The notes under the pieces were generated by a model. That model was not told where the DNA came from, did no database searches, and worked only from the letters and a program-made list of their open reading frames with translations. A DNA stretch of 62,129 nucleotides, filler included, from Jimgerdemannia flammicorona (Eukaryota), in assembly GCA_003990765.1 (NCBI GenBank). It is 3 parts of 3 records of this genome, joined end to end, with 100 filler letters (N's around TTAATTAATTAA, not from the genome) between each part and the next. Parts side by side here need not be neighbours in the genome. Positions count along the whole stretch, not along the records: positions 1 to 20,655 come from RBNJ01001627.1; 2 more parts are not named here. One strand, given 5' to 3'. Positions 1-12,500 of this stretch are shown one piece after another. Made by a program: the position numbers and the translations under genes. The number at the start of each line of letters is the position of its first letter. Position 1 is the stretch's first letter.

Positions 1-78
1 CCCTAACCCTAACCCTAACCCTAACCCTAACCCTAACCCTAACCCTAACCCTAACCCTAACCCTAACCCTAACCCTAA
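1..78. repeat. Telomere repeat (CCCTAA)13, chromosome end
   Basis: 13 perfect CCCTAA units at the start of the window. Confidence 0.98.
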
Positions 79-896
79 CTCTCACAGCTGTGCCTCCGGC
101 CGCCAAAGCCGTGCCCCCTAAAAAGGGCAAGGCCAAGGCCCCCGGGCCAGTGCCCCAGGCTACGCTTCTGGGACCCAGTGCCGCTGGTCCGTCTTCGTCC
201 CCTGCTTCAACCCCCGCCCCCCCCAAATCGTATGCCGCCGCCGCCAAGAAGGTTTCTATCAAGGATAGGACCCAGGCCTACCCCGAGATGGAAAGAGCGG
301 CTGCTGCCACCACCCTTTCGCGCATGACCCGCAAGCCGACCTCTCATTTGTCACCGACTGAGAAGGGCGCTAGGCTGCAGCGCGTCTACGTTGACGGATT
401 TGCCCATCTGAAGATCGGGCAGATCCAGAAGAACTTGTACGACGTCCATGTGATGTTGTCAAAAGTTCTCAACATGTCGTACGTCTCGGCGTCGACCATA
501 GAATTCCTTCTCCACCCTGATTATATCACGGCGTTCCAAAAGAAGATGAAGACGCTCGGGTTCTCTGTGCTATCGGCCTGGGACCCCGCGCTCTCACACA
601 ACAAGAACGCCACGGAGGCCATGAAGATACAGGTCCTCCAATCCTTCCATGCTCGGGTCCGGCAGTTGGCAGGCGAAGCCACTGCGAAGAGGCCTGAGGT
701 GCAGACCTTCTACAGGGCATGGGCCACGGAACTCGGCCTCACCCTCACCTCCCCCGCCTCCCCAATGGCCAGCCCTGCTTCGAAGGCAGGTGGTATGGTG
801 GCCATGACGGGCGATATGGCGATGGATTTGGAAGCTGAAGCTTCTGCCTCAGGTGCTTCTCACGCTGTTGGTGCTAACGTACCCGGCCCCCAATGA
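79..896 (+). pseudogene. C-terminal part of ORF1 (gag-like, Pro/Ala/Ser-rich) of copy 1
   Basis: ORF 90..896 matches the 3' half of ORF1 in copies 2 and 3; the N-terminus is missing. Confidence 0.85.
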
Positions 897-3800
897 GAGT
901 CGGGTTCCTTAATGCACATGGACTACCCCAGGACAAGTTCGATGTACTCAGTCGGTTGATTGGTCCTGCCCTCGACATTCTTTTCGTTTGTGAAACGTGG
1001 CACATTCCGCTGCATCCCTCTCCGCTCATTCACTATCCTCCCCCCGGCGTCACACAGGATCGTGGGTCACCAGAACGGTGGTCTCGTGGTCCTTGTGTCA
1101 AACCGTTTCGCCCCCCTCATTTCTGGGTCCTTCGCCGACCCCTTCCATATCCGGCTCATGTTCCAGGGCCTGGCTTTGGTTGGGGTTTACGCCCCCCCCT
1201 CTCTTCCTATTGGTGGTTTCCGCGATCTAGTGTCTGGACCCTTCCCGGGTAAGGCCCTATTGATCGGTGACATCAATACCCACTTCGGTGCCCACCTTGG
1301 TGACGTCAACTCTGGCCCTCGTGACCGGATGGATGTCGTCGACACCTCCCTGATGACGTGGTTGTTGAACCACCTGACCCCGGTGGCTGGATCCACGCGC
1401 GTTGATCACGCGTTCACCACCGCGTCCCTCCACGCGTCCCTCTCCTGCTCCACCCCCCCTGTCGCTACCGACCACCCCTCCCTCCTCACCGTCTCCTTCC
1501 CCTTCTCTCCCTCGCCGGTCGCTGCCTTGGCTGGTGTCCGATGTTACTCTGCGAGATACCTGACCGACCCGGTCGTTCAAGCTCACCTTCGGGAATCAGC
1601 GGATATCATTTGCGATACCATTATCAGGTCTATTTACTCTGTTAGGGACCACATCGCCGGCTTTCGCTCTGTGGATGATCGCCAGCAGTTTGTGGATTCC
1701 CTTGATGCTCTTTTGACCTCTGGTCTGCAGTCTGTCTGTGAGGACATTCTTGGCTCGTATGACGCAAGAGAGATCAGAGCAGCGCCGCTCCCTAGGCATG
1801 ACCTCCTTCGTAGTGCATCTTCGGTCTCTGATGCCATCCGTGGTTTCAAGCGAGCATATCGCTCCACCCCTTCCGCGCCTCTTCAGTCTCGCTCCCCCAA
1901 TATCCCTGTGTTCGATGATGTGGTTGCTCACTTCACCACTATCTTCGGCCAGCCCGACGCCTCCCTCCGCCTCGATGACTCTGAAGATGTCTTCCCCCTC
2001 GGCGTGGGCGCCCTTGGGCTGCAGTCTTGGTTTGACCAACCTGCGGTTTGGAGGGCTGTCCAAAGCTACCCCCTCTCTAAGGCATGTGGTGCCGACTCCT
2101 TGCACGTCCGGATCCTTTGGGTGATGGCGGGTGAGAAGGACGCCCCCTGTAGCCTTTCGAAAGCCCTCTCGTTCTTCTTCCAGATGTGCGTGGTCTGGGG
2201 GCTCACTCCCCGCCGCTGGAACTCAGCCATCATCACCCCGGTCCCCAAGAAGGAGGAATCACGTATGATCAATGGATTTCGCCCTATTGCTCTGACTGAA
2301 ATGTTTCATAGACTCTTCGAGCGGTGTTTGGAAGGATACGTCAAGAGCCGAGGTAGCCTGACAGAAATGTCGCACTGCCAAGGTGGCTTCCGAACCCACT
2401 TCTTGTCCCTTTCATATGTCTTGTTGTCGCACGAGACGTGGGCTAAGGGATGGGGCCGCCGTGTCTTCTTAGACCTCCAGCAGGCATATGATCGAGTCCC
2501 CCTCAAGTGTATTCTCTCCCGCCTTGAGGAGCGAGGTGCCGATGCGGCCCTCCTTAGCATTATTCGAAGCCTGTTCAACCACTGTTCCAACCAAGTGGTT
2601 GTTAATGGCCTCGTCACCCCTTTGGTCCCCACTGAGCGTGGCCTCTTCCAGGGCTCCCTCCTCTCCCCCTGGCTCTTTGATGTCTTTATCGATCCCCTCG
2701 CCGCCTCCTTTGACGATCAGTTCAAGGAGTACGACTTCCCCCTCGGGCTCTTCTTCGCTGATGACATCGCCCTCACCCCCCGCACTGCCGCGGAAGGGTA
2801 GAGGATGGTCGATTTTTGCGAGGATTGGCTTTGGGTGAATGGTATGGAGCTCAACTCCAAGAAGTGCGGTTATGTTGGCCCTGCTGACTGTACTGTACTG
2901 ATTGGGGGTATGCCCTGCCCACGACCCACCTCCTACGTGTACCTGGGCATGCCGTACACCAACAAAGGGTTTGACTTTGTCGACCTAGCGTTGCAGAATG
3001 CGGCGAAAGTGGAATGAACTCTTGGATTCTGCCACGCCCGTGGTCCCCTCTGGTTGCCAATGGTCAAGCTGGCCATCGTACGGACTTTCATCAGGCCTCA
3101 GCTGGAGTATGGCCTTCCCCTTCTACGTGCCTCCTGTCCGGCTACTACCACGGGGCTTCAAGTGTTGAAGCGTCCCAAGCAGGTCTTTGATGACGCTGTC
3201 CCCTGGGCGGTTGGATTTTCCGGCCGGCCCTTGCTTGGCAGTTCGATTCTCGGCCTCCCTTCCTTCCTTCGTCGTATGTCCGACCTCTGCTGCATGTTCC
3301 AAGCCCACCTGGATTGGTGTAGCAAGTCGAGCAACAACCCCATCGGCCTCCTTAGCGAGCACTTTGTCACATGTCCCCTGGGTTCTATTATCGACAAGTT
3401 CCAGCATTGGACCTCTTGGCTTGACTTCCTCGACTGGTACTGGGACCTCCGTCCCCTGGTCCGCAAGACTCGCTCGCTCCGCTCCTTCCTCCAGTCCTTC
3501 CTCCAGGACCAGCTGTTACAGGAATGGGCCTCCTCGTCCCAGGCTCTCGTTCAGTACATTACCCCCAAAGGCCGTTTACGGTCGCGGGGGGCCGATTGCG
3601 TCCTCTCCTTCCCCCCCCGGCTTGTGCATTCTGCTCTAGCCTGGCACTATGGCTACTTTGGCCAACCCTGCCCCTGCCCCTGTGGAGATAAGTTTCATCG
3701 TGGCCATCTCCTTAGGTGTGGTCTTCTCGACGGTTCGTATTCTGCTTTCCGAGGTTCCTCAGATCGAGATGAACAGCTCGACTGATTTACCAGTGACGAA

Positions 3801-3938
3801 TGGCAGGAGGAACTTTGTATATACCCTCTTCATGCTCTTCATGAGACAGCCTACCATGCTATTGACGCCATGTGTAATTCTGGTGGCCACCTCGCGGTCG
3901 GGTTCTGCCTGACCGAGATTACGAAGATGCTTGGGTGA
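893..3938 (+). pseudogene. ORF2 (AP endonuclease + reverse transcriptase) of copy 1, disrupted
   Basis: APE motifs FLNAHGL, FVCETWH, LIGDIN, RVDHAF, TDH; RT motifs FRPIALTE, QGGFR, FLDLQQAYDRV, GLFQGSLLSP, FADD; C-terminal CPC..H...H...C; frameshift near 1033 and stops ending at 2801, 3017, 3785. Confidence 0.92.
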
Positions 3939-4330
3939 TCGAGCGATTGCACATTTTCTTTATCTCTTTCTTTCCCCTCATTCGCCTGGGTTGGTTCCCC
4001 GTTGTTGAGAGCGCATTGAGTTATTCATCTCATTTCAGTCGTTTGGTGTTTAGTTGTCAATACGGTTCATGTAGTAGGCGTCGGGCGGATGTGTATTATA
4101 TCTTAGCATTTCTTTTCTTTGCTTTTTACATTTATTGTCTCTACGGCCGTGACAAAATGGTTTTTATCCAGCCCGTCCATAGGGTGGTCACCTCTCTGGC
4201 CTTTGTTGTACTTCTTTGCTAGTTGTTTACTTCGCTGGCCTTGTTTTGCTTTTCTCATCCTAGGAGTCTTTGTCTTTTGTTGCTCCGATATACCTTGTCT
4301 TCCCTACAATGAATAAATTCTTACTTGAAG

Positions 4331-4341
4331 CCCAACCCAAG
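4331..4341. repeat. Degenerate telomeric spacer between copies 1 and 2
   Basis: CCCAACCCAAG at the same junction where copies 2 and 3 have CCTAAC repeats. Confidence 0.6.
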
Positions 4342-4553
4342 CCACTCGCGTGATTTCCCCATTTGATTAGACTCGGCTTTACGGCCCGAAGCTATTCCAA
4401 ATTAAGAAAGCAGTCACTTTGATTAGCTAAGCCTCTCATCGGGTATAAATACCCCCCTTCCCCATTATTTTTTCGTTGCACAAACAAAGGTCATGTGACT
4501 CGCGTTTCACAATTTCAAACAAACAAACAAACACACCTCCGCCTATTTTGGCA

Positions 4554-6055
4554 ATGTCGGCCACCTCCTCCGTCGTCGGTGATGACGGCAACGCCACCCG
4601 TCTCTTTGCACGCTTCGGTGCCTCGCTCCGCTACGCTGAATGTCGCGGCATCGGTCTTCTTTCCCTTGGCTTCGGCGAGGGTAGCCTTATGGCGATGTGC
4701 AGGTCGTGCGGGGATGCACGACCGATATCAGCATATTTATCTTCCCTGCGCGACGCGGAAGATGACGAAGAGTTTGCGATCTCGTCCGATTCGGACCACA
4801 ACGCCCAATGGGCACACAATTACTCTCCCATGCCCCCGCCCCTCAATCAGAACAAGCGTGGTCGCCCGAACACTAGTTTGGGAATGACCCCTACGGCCGG
4901 TCGTGCGGGCCCCTCCGCTGAGCCTGATTTGGTCACGAAGATGGCTGCGATGAGGAAGCAGATCTCGGATCTGCTGACTCAAGTGGCCGATCTGGCCAAA
5001 ATCAATGCTCAACTGATGGCACAGCTTACTGCACGTCATGCGCCTATCGCCCCCTCGTCATCTGGTACTCCTTCGGGAAGTACCCCTGCCGCTCCTTCCA
5101 CATCCGCCCCCCCCAAGTCCTCGGCCCCCCCTTCTACTGGTCCTGCCGCGAACACGCGGTCAAAGGCCCAGAAGCGAGTGGACAAGCAGGCCGCTAAAGC
5201 CGCCGCATCGCAGTCTGGTGCGCTGCCAAAGGAGGCAACTCCCACGGCTGTGTCTCCGGCCGCTAAAGCCGCATCCCCTAAAAAGGGCAAAGCCAAGGCT
5301 CCCGGGCCAGTGCCCCAGGTTACACCTACAGGACCCAGCGCCGCCGGTCCGTCTTCGTCCCCTGCTTCGACCCCCACCCCCCTCAAATCGTATGCCGCCA
5401 CCGCCAAGAAGGTATCTATCAAAGATAGGACCCAGGCCTACCCCGAGACGGAAAGGGCAGCTGCCGCTGCCGCCCTTTCGCGCATGACCCGCAAGCCGAC
5501 CTCTCATTTATCGCCGACTGAGAAGGGCGCTAGGCTGCAGCGCGTTTACATCGACGGATTTGCCCATCTGAAGATCGGGCAGATCCGGAAGAACTTGTAC
5601 ATGTCCATGTGATGTTGTCAAAAGTTCTCAACATGTCGTATGTCTTGGCATCGACCATCGAATTCCTGCTCTGCCCTGATTATGTCACGGAATTCCAAAA
5701 GAAGATGAAGGCGCTCGGGTTCTCAGTGCTATCGGCCTGGGACCCCGCGCTCCCACGAAACAAGAACGCCACGGAGGCCGTGAAGACATGAGTACTCCAA
5801 TCATTCCATGCTCGGGTCCGGCAGTTGGCAGGCGATGCCACTGCAAAGAGGCCTGAGGTGCAGACCTTTTACAGGGCATGGGCCACGGAACTCGGCCTCA
5901 CCCTCCCCTCCCCCGCCTCCCCGCTGGCCGGCCCTGCTTCGAAGGCAGGTGGTACTGTGGCTGTGACAGGTGATATGGCGATGGATTTGGAAGCCGAAGC
6001 TTTCGCCTCAGGTGCTTCCCATGCTGTTGGCGCTAACGCGCCTGGCCCCCAATGA
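4554..6055 (+). pseudogene. ORF1 (gag-like; N-terminal CxxC...CxxC, coiled coil, low-complexity linker) of copy 2
   Basis: MSATSS...AECRGIG...MCRSCG...; frameshift near 5600 and in-frame stop at 5789. Confidence 0.85.
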
Positions 6056-9000
6056 GAGTCGGGTTCCTCAATGCACACGGACTACCCTAGGACAAGTTCG
6101 ATGTGCTCAGTCGGTTGATTGGTCCTGCCCTCGACGGTCTTTTCGTATGTGAAACGTGGCACATTCCGCTGCATCCCTCTCCGCTCATTCACATGTCCTC
6201 TCCTCCGGCGTCGCACAGGATCGTGGGTCACCAGAACGGTGGTCTCGTGGTCCTTGTGTCAAACCGTTTCGCTCCCCTCATTTCCGGGTCCTCCGCTGAC
6301 CCCTTCCATATCTGGCTCATGTTCCAGGGCCTGGCTTTGGTTGGGGTTTATGCCCCCCCCTCTCTTCCCATTGGTGGATTCCGTGATTTAGTGTCTGGAC
6401 CCTTTCCGGGTAAGGCTCTACTGATCGGTGACATCAATACCCGCTTCGGTGCCTGCCTTGGTGACGTCAACTCTGGTCCACGCGATCAGATGGATGTCGT
6501 CGACACTTCCTTGATGACGTAGTCATTGAACCACCTGACCCCGGTGGCTGGATCTACACGCGTTGACCACGCGTTCGCCACCGCGTCCCTCCACGTGTCC
6601 CTCACCTGCTCCACCCCTCCTGTCGCTACCGACCACCCCTCTCTCCTCACCGTTTCCTTTCCCTTCTCCCCCTCGCCGATCACTGCCTTGGCTGGCGTTC
6701 GACGCTACTCTGCGAAATACCTGACCGATCCGGTCATCCAAGCTCACCTTCGGGAATCAGCAGATATTGTATGCGATACCGTTGTCAGGTCCATTTATTC
6801 CGTCCGGGACCACATCACTGGCTTTTGCTCTGTGGAAGATCGTCAGCAGTTTGTAGACTCCCTCGACGCCCTTTTAACCTCTGGTCTACAGTCAGTCTGT
6901 GAGGACATTCTTGGCTCATATGACACTAGGGAAATCAGGGCAGCGCCGCTCCCCAGGTGGGACCTTCTTCGCAGTGCATCTTCGGTCTCTGATGCCATTC
7001 GTGGTTTTAAGCGAGCGTACTGCTCCACCCCCCTTGCGCCCCTCCAATCTTGCTCCCCCAATGTCCTGGTGTTCGACGACGTGGTTGCTCACTTTACCAC
7101 CATCTTCGACCAACCGGATGCCTCCCTCCGCCTCAATGACTCTGAGGACATCTTCCCCCTCGGCGTGGGTGCTCTTGGGCTGTAGTCTTGGTTTGACCAA
7201 CCTGTGGTTTGGAGAGCTATCCGTAGCTACCCCCTCTCTAAGGCATGTGGTGCTGACTCCTTGCATGTCCGGATCCTTCGGGTGATGGCAGGTGAGAAGG
7301 ATGCCCCTTGTAGCCTTTCGAAGGCCCTCTCATTCTTCTTCCAGTTGTGCGTGGTCTGGGGGCTCACTCCCCGCCGCTGGAACTCCGCCATCATCACCCC
7401 AGTCCCTAAGAAGGAGGAATCATGTACGATTGATGGATTTCGCCCTATCGCTCTTACCGAAATGTTTCGTAGACTCTTCGAGCAGTGTTTGGAAGGATAC
7501 GTCAAGAGCCGAAGTGGCCTGACAGAAATGTTGCGCTGCCAAGGTGGCTTCCGAACCCGCTTCTCATCCCTTTCCCATGTCTTGTTGTCGCATGAGATGT
7601 GGGCTAAAGGATGGGGCCGCCGTGTCTTTTTGGACCTCTGGCAGGCATATGATCGAGTCCCCCTCAAGTGCATTCTTTCTCGCCTTGAGGCGCGAGGTGC
7701 TGATGCGGCCCTCCTTAGCATTATCTGAAGCCTGTTCAATCACTATTCTTATCAGGTGGTTGTCAATGGCCTCATCACCCCTTCAGTCCCCACTGAGCGC
7801 GGCCTCTTCCAGGGCTCCCTCCTCTCCCCTTGGCTGTTTGATGTCTTTATCGACCCCCTCGCCACCTCCTTTGATGAGCAGTTCAAGGAGTACGACTTCC
7901 CCCTCGGGCTTTTCTTTGCGGATGATATCGCCCTTACCCCCCGCACTGCCGCGGAAGGGCAAAGGATGGTTGATTTCTGCGAAGATTGGCTTCAGGTGAA
8001 CGGTATGGAGCTCAACCCCAAGAAGTGTGGTTATGTCAGCCCGGCTGACTGTGCTGTGCTGATTGGGGGAGTGCCCTGCCTGCGACCCACCTCCTACGTG
8101 TACCTGGGCGTGCCGTACACCAACAAAGGGTTTGACTTTGTCGACCTGGCGTTGCAGAATGCGGCGAAGGCGGAACATACTCTTGGTTTCTGCCGTGCCC
8201 GTGGTCCCCTCTGGTCACCAATGGTCAAGCTGGCCATTGTACGAACATTCATCAGGCCTCAGTTGGAGTATGGCCTCCCACTTTTACGAGCTTCCTGTCC
8301 GGCTACTACCACGTGGCTTCAGGTGTTGAAGCGTCCCGAGTAGGTCTTTGATGATGCAGTCGCCTGGGCGGTCGGATTTTCCGGCCGTCCCTTGCTTGGC
8401 AGCTCGATTCTTGGCCTCCCTTCCTTCCTTCGTCGTACGTCTGACCTCTGCTGCATATTCCAAGCCCATCTGGATTGGTGTAGCAAGTCGGGCAACAACC
8501 CCATCAGCCCCCTTAGCGAGCGCTTTATCACGCATCCCCTGGGTTCTATTATTGACAAGTTCCGGCGTTGGACCTCTTGGCTTGACTTCCTCGACTGGTA
8601 CTGGGACCTCCATCCCCAGGTCCGCAAGACTCGCTCGCTCCGCTCCTTCCTCCAGTCCTTCCTCCGGGATCAGCTGCTGCAGGAATGGGCCTCCTCCTCT
8701 CAGGCTCTAGTTCAGTATATCACCCCCAAAGGCCGTTTACGGTCGCAGGGCGCCAATCGTGTCCTCTCCTTCCCCCCCCGGCTTGTGTGTTCTGCCCTCG
8801 CCTGGCGCTATGGCTACTTTGGCCAACCCCGCCCCTGCCCCTGTAGAGATAAGTTTCATCGTGGCCATCTCCTCAGGTGCGGTCTTCTCGATGGTTCGTA
8901 TTCTGCTTTCCGAGGTTCTTCAGACCGAGATGAACAACTCGACTGGTTTACCAATGACGAATGGCAGGAGGAGCTTCGCATCTACCCTCTTCACGCTCTT

Positions 9001-9099
9001 TACGAGACAGCCTACTACGCTATCGACGCCATGTGTAATTCTGGTGGCCACCTCGTGGTTGGGTTCTGCCTGACCGAGATTACGAAGATACTTGGGTGA
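6052..9099 (+). pseudogene. ORF2 APE-RT of copy 2 (3048 nt, one frame, several nonsense codons)
   Basis: Same motifs as copy 1; stops ending at about 6090, 6522, 7185, 7728, 8343. Confidence 0.92.
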
Positions 9100-9491
9100 T
9101 CGAGCGATCGCACATTTTCTTTATTTCCTTCCTTCCCCTCATTCGCCTTGGTTGGTTCCCTGTTGTTGAGAGCGCATTGAGTTATTCATCTCATTTCAGT
9201 CATTTAGTATTTAGTTGTCGAACGGTTCATGTAGTAGGTGCCGGGCGAATGTGTATTATATTTTAGCTTTTCTTTTCTTTACTTTCTGCATTTATTATCT
9301 CTACGGCCATGACAAAATGGTTTTGTCCAGCCCATCCATAGAGTGGTCACCTCTCTGGCCTTTGTTTTGTACTTCTTAGCTAGTTGGTTACTTCGCTGGC
9401 CTTGTTTTGCTTTTCTCATCTTAGGAGTCTTTGTCTTTTGTTGCTCCGATGTACCTTATCTTCTCTACAATAAATAAATCCTTACTTGAAG

Positions 9492-9509
9492 CCTAACTCT
9501 AACCCTAAC
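9492..9509. repeat. Interstitial telomeric tract between copies 2 and 3
   Basis: CCTAACTCTAACCCTAAC. Confidence 0.9.
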
Positions 9510-12500
9510 CCACTCACGTGATTTCCCCATTTGGTTAGACTCGGCTTTATGGCCCGAGGCTATTCCAAATTAAGAAAGCAGTCACTTTGATTAGCTAAGC
9601 CTCTCATCGGGTATAAATACCCCCTTTCCCCATTATTTTTTCGTTGTACAAACAAAGGTCACGTGACCCGTGTTTCACAATTTCAAACAAACAAACAAAC
9701 CCACCTCCGCCTGTTTCGGCAATGTCGGCCACCTCCTCCATCATCGGTGATGACGGCAACGCCACCCATCTCTTCGCGTGCTTTGGCGCCTCGCTCCGCT
9801 GCGCTGAATGTCGCGGTATCGGTCTTCTCTCCCTCGGCTTCGGCGAGGGTAGCCTTACGGCGATGTGCAGGTCGTGCGGGGATGCATGACCGATATTGGT
9901 GTATTTATTTTCCCTGCGCGATGCGGAAGATGACGAAGAGATCGCGATCTCGTCCGATTCAGACCACGACGCCCAGTGCGTCAACTATTCTCCCACGCCC
10001 CCGCCCCTCAATCAGAACAAGGGTGGTCGCCCGAACACTAGTTTGGGAATGACCCCGATGGCCGGTCATGCGGGCCCCTCTGCTGAACCTGATTTGGTCA
10101 TGGAGATGGCCGCGATGAGGAAGCAGATCTCGGATCTGCTGACTCAAGTGGCCGATTTGGCCAAAATCAATGCCCAGCTGATGGCGCAGCTTGCTGCACG
10201 TCATGCGCCCACCGCCCCCTCGACATCTGGTGCTCCTTCGGGAAGTACCTCCGCCAGCCCATCTCTGTCCTCCGCTTCGACCCCCACCCCCCCCAAATCG
10301 TACGCCGCCGCCGCCAAGAAGGTCTCTATCAAGGATAGGACCCAGGCCTACCCTGAGACGGAAAGGGCAGCTGCCGCTGCCGCCCTTTCACACATGACCC
10401 GCAAGCCGATCTCTCATTTGTCACCGACTGAGAAGGGCGCTAGACTGCAGCGCGTTTACGTCGATGGATTTGCCCATCTGAAGATCGGGCAGATCCGGAA
10501 GAACTTGTACAACGTCCATGTGATGTTGTCAAAAGTTCTCAACATGTGTATGTCTCGGCATTGACCATCGAATTCCTGCTCTGCCCTGATTATGTCACGG
10601 CGTTCCAAAAGAAGATGAAGGCGCTCGGGTTCTCGGTGCTGTCGGCCTGGGACCCCGCGCTCCCACGCAACAAGAACGCCACGGAGGCCGTGAAGACACG
10701 GGTACTCCAGTTATTCCATGCTCGGGTCCGGTAGTTGGCAGGCGAAGCCACTGCGAAGAGGCCTGAGGTGCAGACCTTCTACAGAGCATGGGCCGCAGAA
10801 CTCGGCCTCACCCTCCCCTCCTTCACCTCCCCGTCGGCCGGCCCTACTTCGAAGGCAGGTGGTACTGTGGCCGTAATGGGTGATATGGTGATGGATTTGG
10901 AAGCTGAAGCTTCCACCTCAGGTGCTTCCCATGCCGTTGGCGCTAGCACGCCTGGCCCCCAATGAGAGTCGGGTGCCTCAATGCACACGGACTACCCCAG
11001 GACAAGTTTGATGTGCTTAGTCGGTTGATTGGTCCTGCCCTCGACATTCTTTTCGTATGTGAAACATGACACATTCCACTGTGTCCCTCTCCGCTCATTC
11101 ACATGTCCTCCCCTCTGGCGTCACACAGGATCGTGGGTCACCATAACGGTGGTCTCGTGGTCCTTGTGTCAAACCGTTTTGCCCCTCTCATTTCCGGGTC
11201 CTCCGCCGACCCCTTACATATCCGGCTCATGTTCCAGGGTCTGGCTTTGGTTGGGGTTTACGCCCCCCCCTCTCTTCACATTGGTGGTTTCCGTGATCTA
11301 GTGTCTGGACCCTTCCCGGGTAAGGCCCTATTGATCGGTAACATCAATACCCGTTTCGGTGCCCACCTTGGGGACGTCAACTCTGGTCCGCATGACCGGA
11401 TGGATGTCGTCGACACCTCCTTGATGATGTGGTCATTGAATCACCTGACTCCGGTGGCTGGATCTACACGTGTTGACCACGCATTCGCCACCGCATCCCT
11501 CCACGCGTCCCTCACCTGCTCCACCCCTCCTGTCGCTACCGATCACCCCTCCCTCCTCACTGTCTCCTTCCCCTTCTCCCCCTCGCCGGTTGCCACCTTG
11601 GCTGGTGTCCGTCATTACTCTGCAAGATACCTGACCGATCTGGTCGTTCAAGCTCACCTTCGGAAATCAGCAGATATCATTTGCAATACCGTTATCAGGT
11701 CTATCTACTCTGTTAGAGACCACATCGCTGGCTTTCGCTCTGTGGATGATCGCCAGCAGTTTGTGGATTCCCTTGATGCTCTTTTGACCTCTGGTCTGCA
11801 GTCTGTCTGTGAGGACATTCTTGGCTCGTATGACGCAAGAGAAATCAGAGCAGCGCCACTCCCTAGGTGAGACCTCCTTTGCAGTGCATCTTCGGTCTCT
11901 GATGCCATTCGTGGATTCAAGCGAGCGTATCGCTCCACCCCCTCCACGCCTCTTCAGTCCCGCTCCCCCAATGTCCCAGTGTTTGATGATGTGGTTGCTC
12001 ACTTTACCACTATCTTCGGCCAGCCAGACGCCTCCCTCTGCCTCGATGACTCTGAAGATGTCTTCCCCCTCGGCGTGGGCGCTCTTGGGCTGCAGTCTTG
12101 GTTTGACCAACCTGCGGTCTGGAGGGCTGTCCGCAGCTACCCCCTCTCTAAGGCATATGGTGCCGACTCCTTGCACGTCCGGATCCTTCGGGTGATGGCG
12201 GGTGAGAAGGACGCCCCCTGTAGCCTTTCGAAAGCCCTTTCATTCTTCTTCCAGATGTGCATGGTCTGGGGGCTCACTCCTCACTGCTGGAATTCCGCCA
12301 TCATCACCCCGGTCCCCAAGAAGGAGGAATCGCATACGATCGATGGATTTCGCCCTATTGCTCTGACTGAAATATTTCATAGACTCTTCGAGCGGTGTTT
12401 GGAAGGATACGTCAAGAGTCGAAGTGGACTAACAGAAATGTCACGCAGCCAAGGCAGCTTCCGAACCCGCTTCTCATCCCTTTCTCATGTCCTGTTATCG

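Larger units (their letters stand above)
79..4330 (+). mobile_element. Telomere-associated APE-RT non-LTR retrotransposon, copy 1 (5'-truncated within ORF1)
   Basis: Colinear with copies 2 and 3; ends AATAAA...CTTACTTGAAG with no poly(A); telomere joined inside ORF1. Confidence 0.93.
4342..9491 (+). mobile_element. Telomere-associated non-LTR retrotransposon, copy 2 (full length, about 5.15 kb, mutated)
   Basis: 5' end CCACTCGCGTG matches copy 3; TATAAATA at about 4444; ORF1 4554..6055; ORF2 6052..9099; T-rich 3' UTR. Confidence 0.94.
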
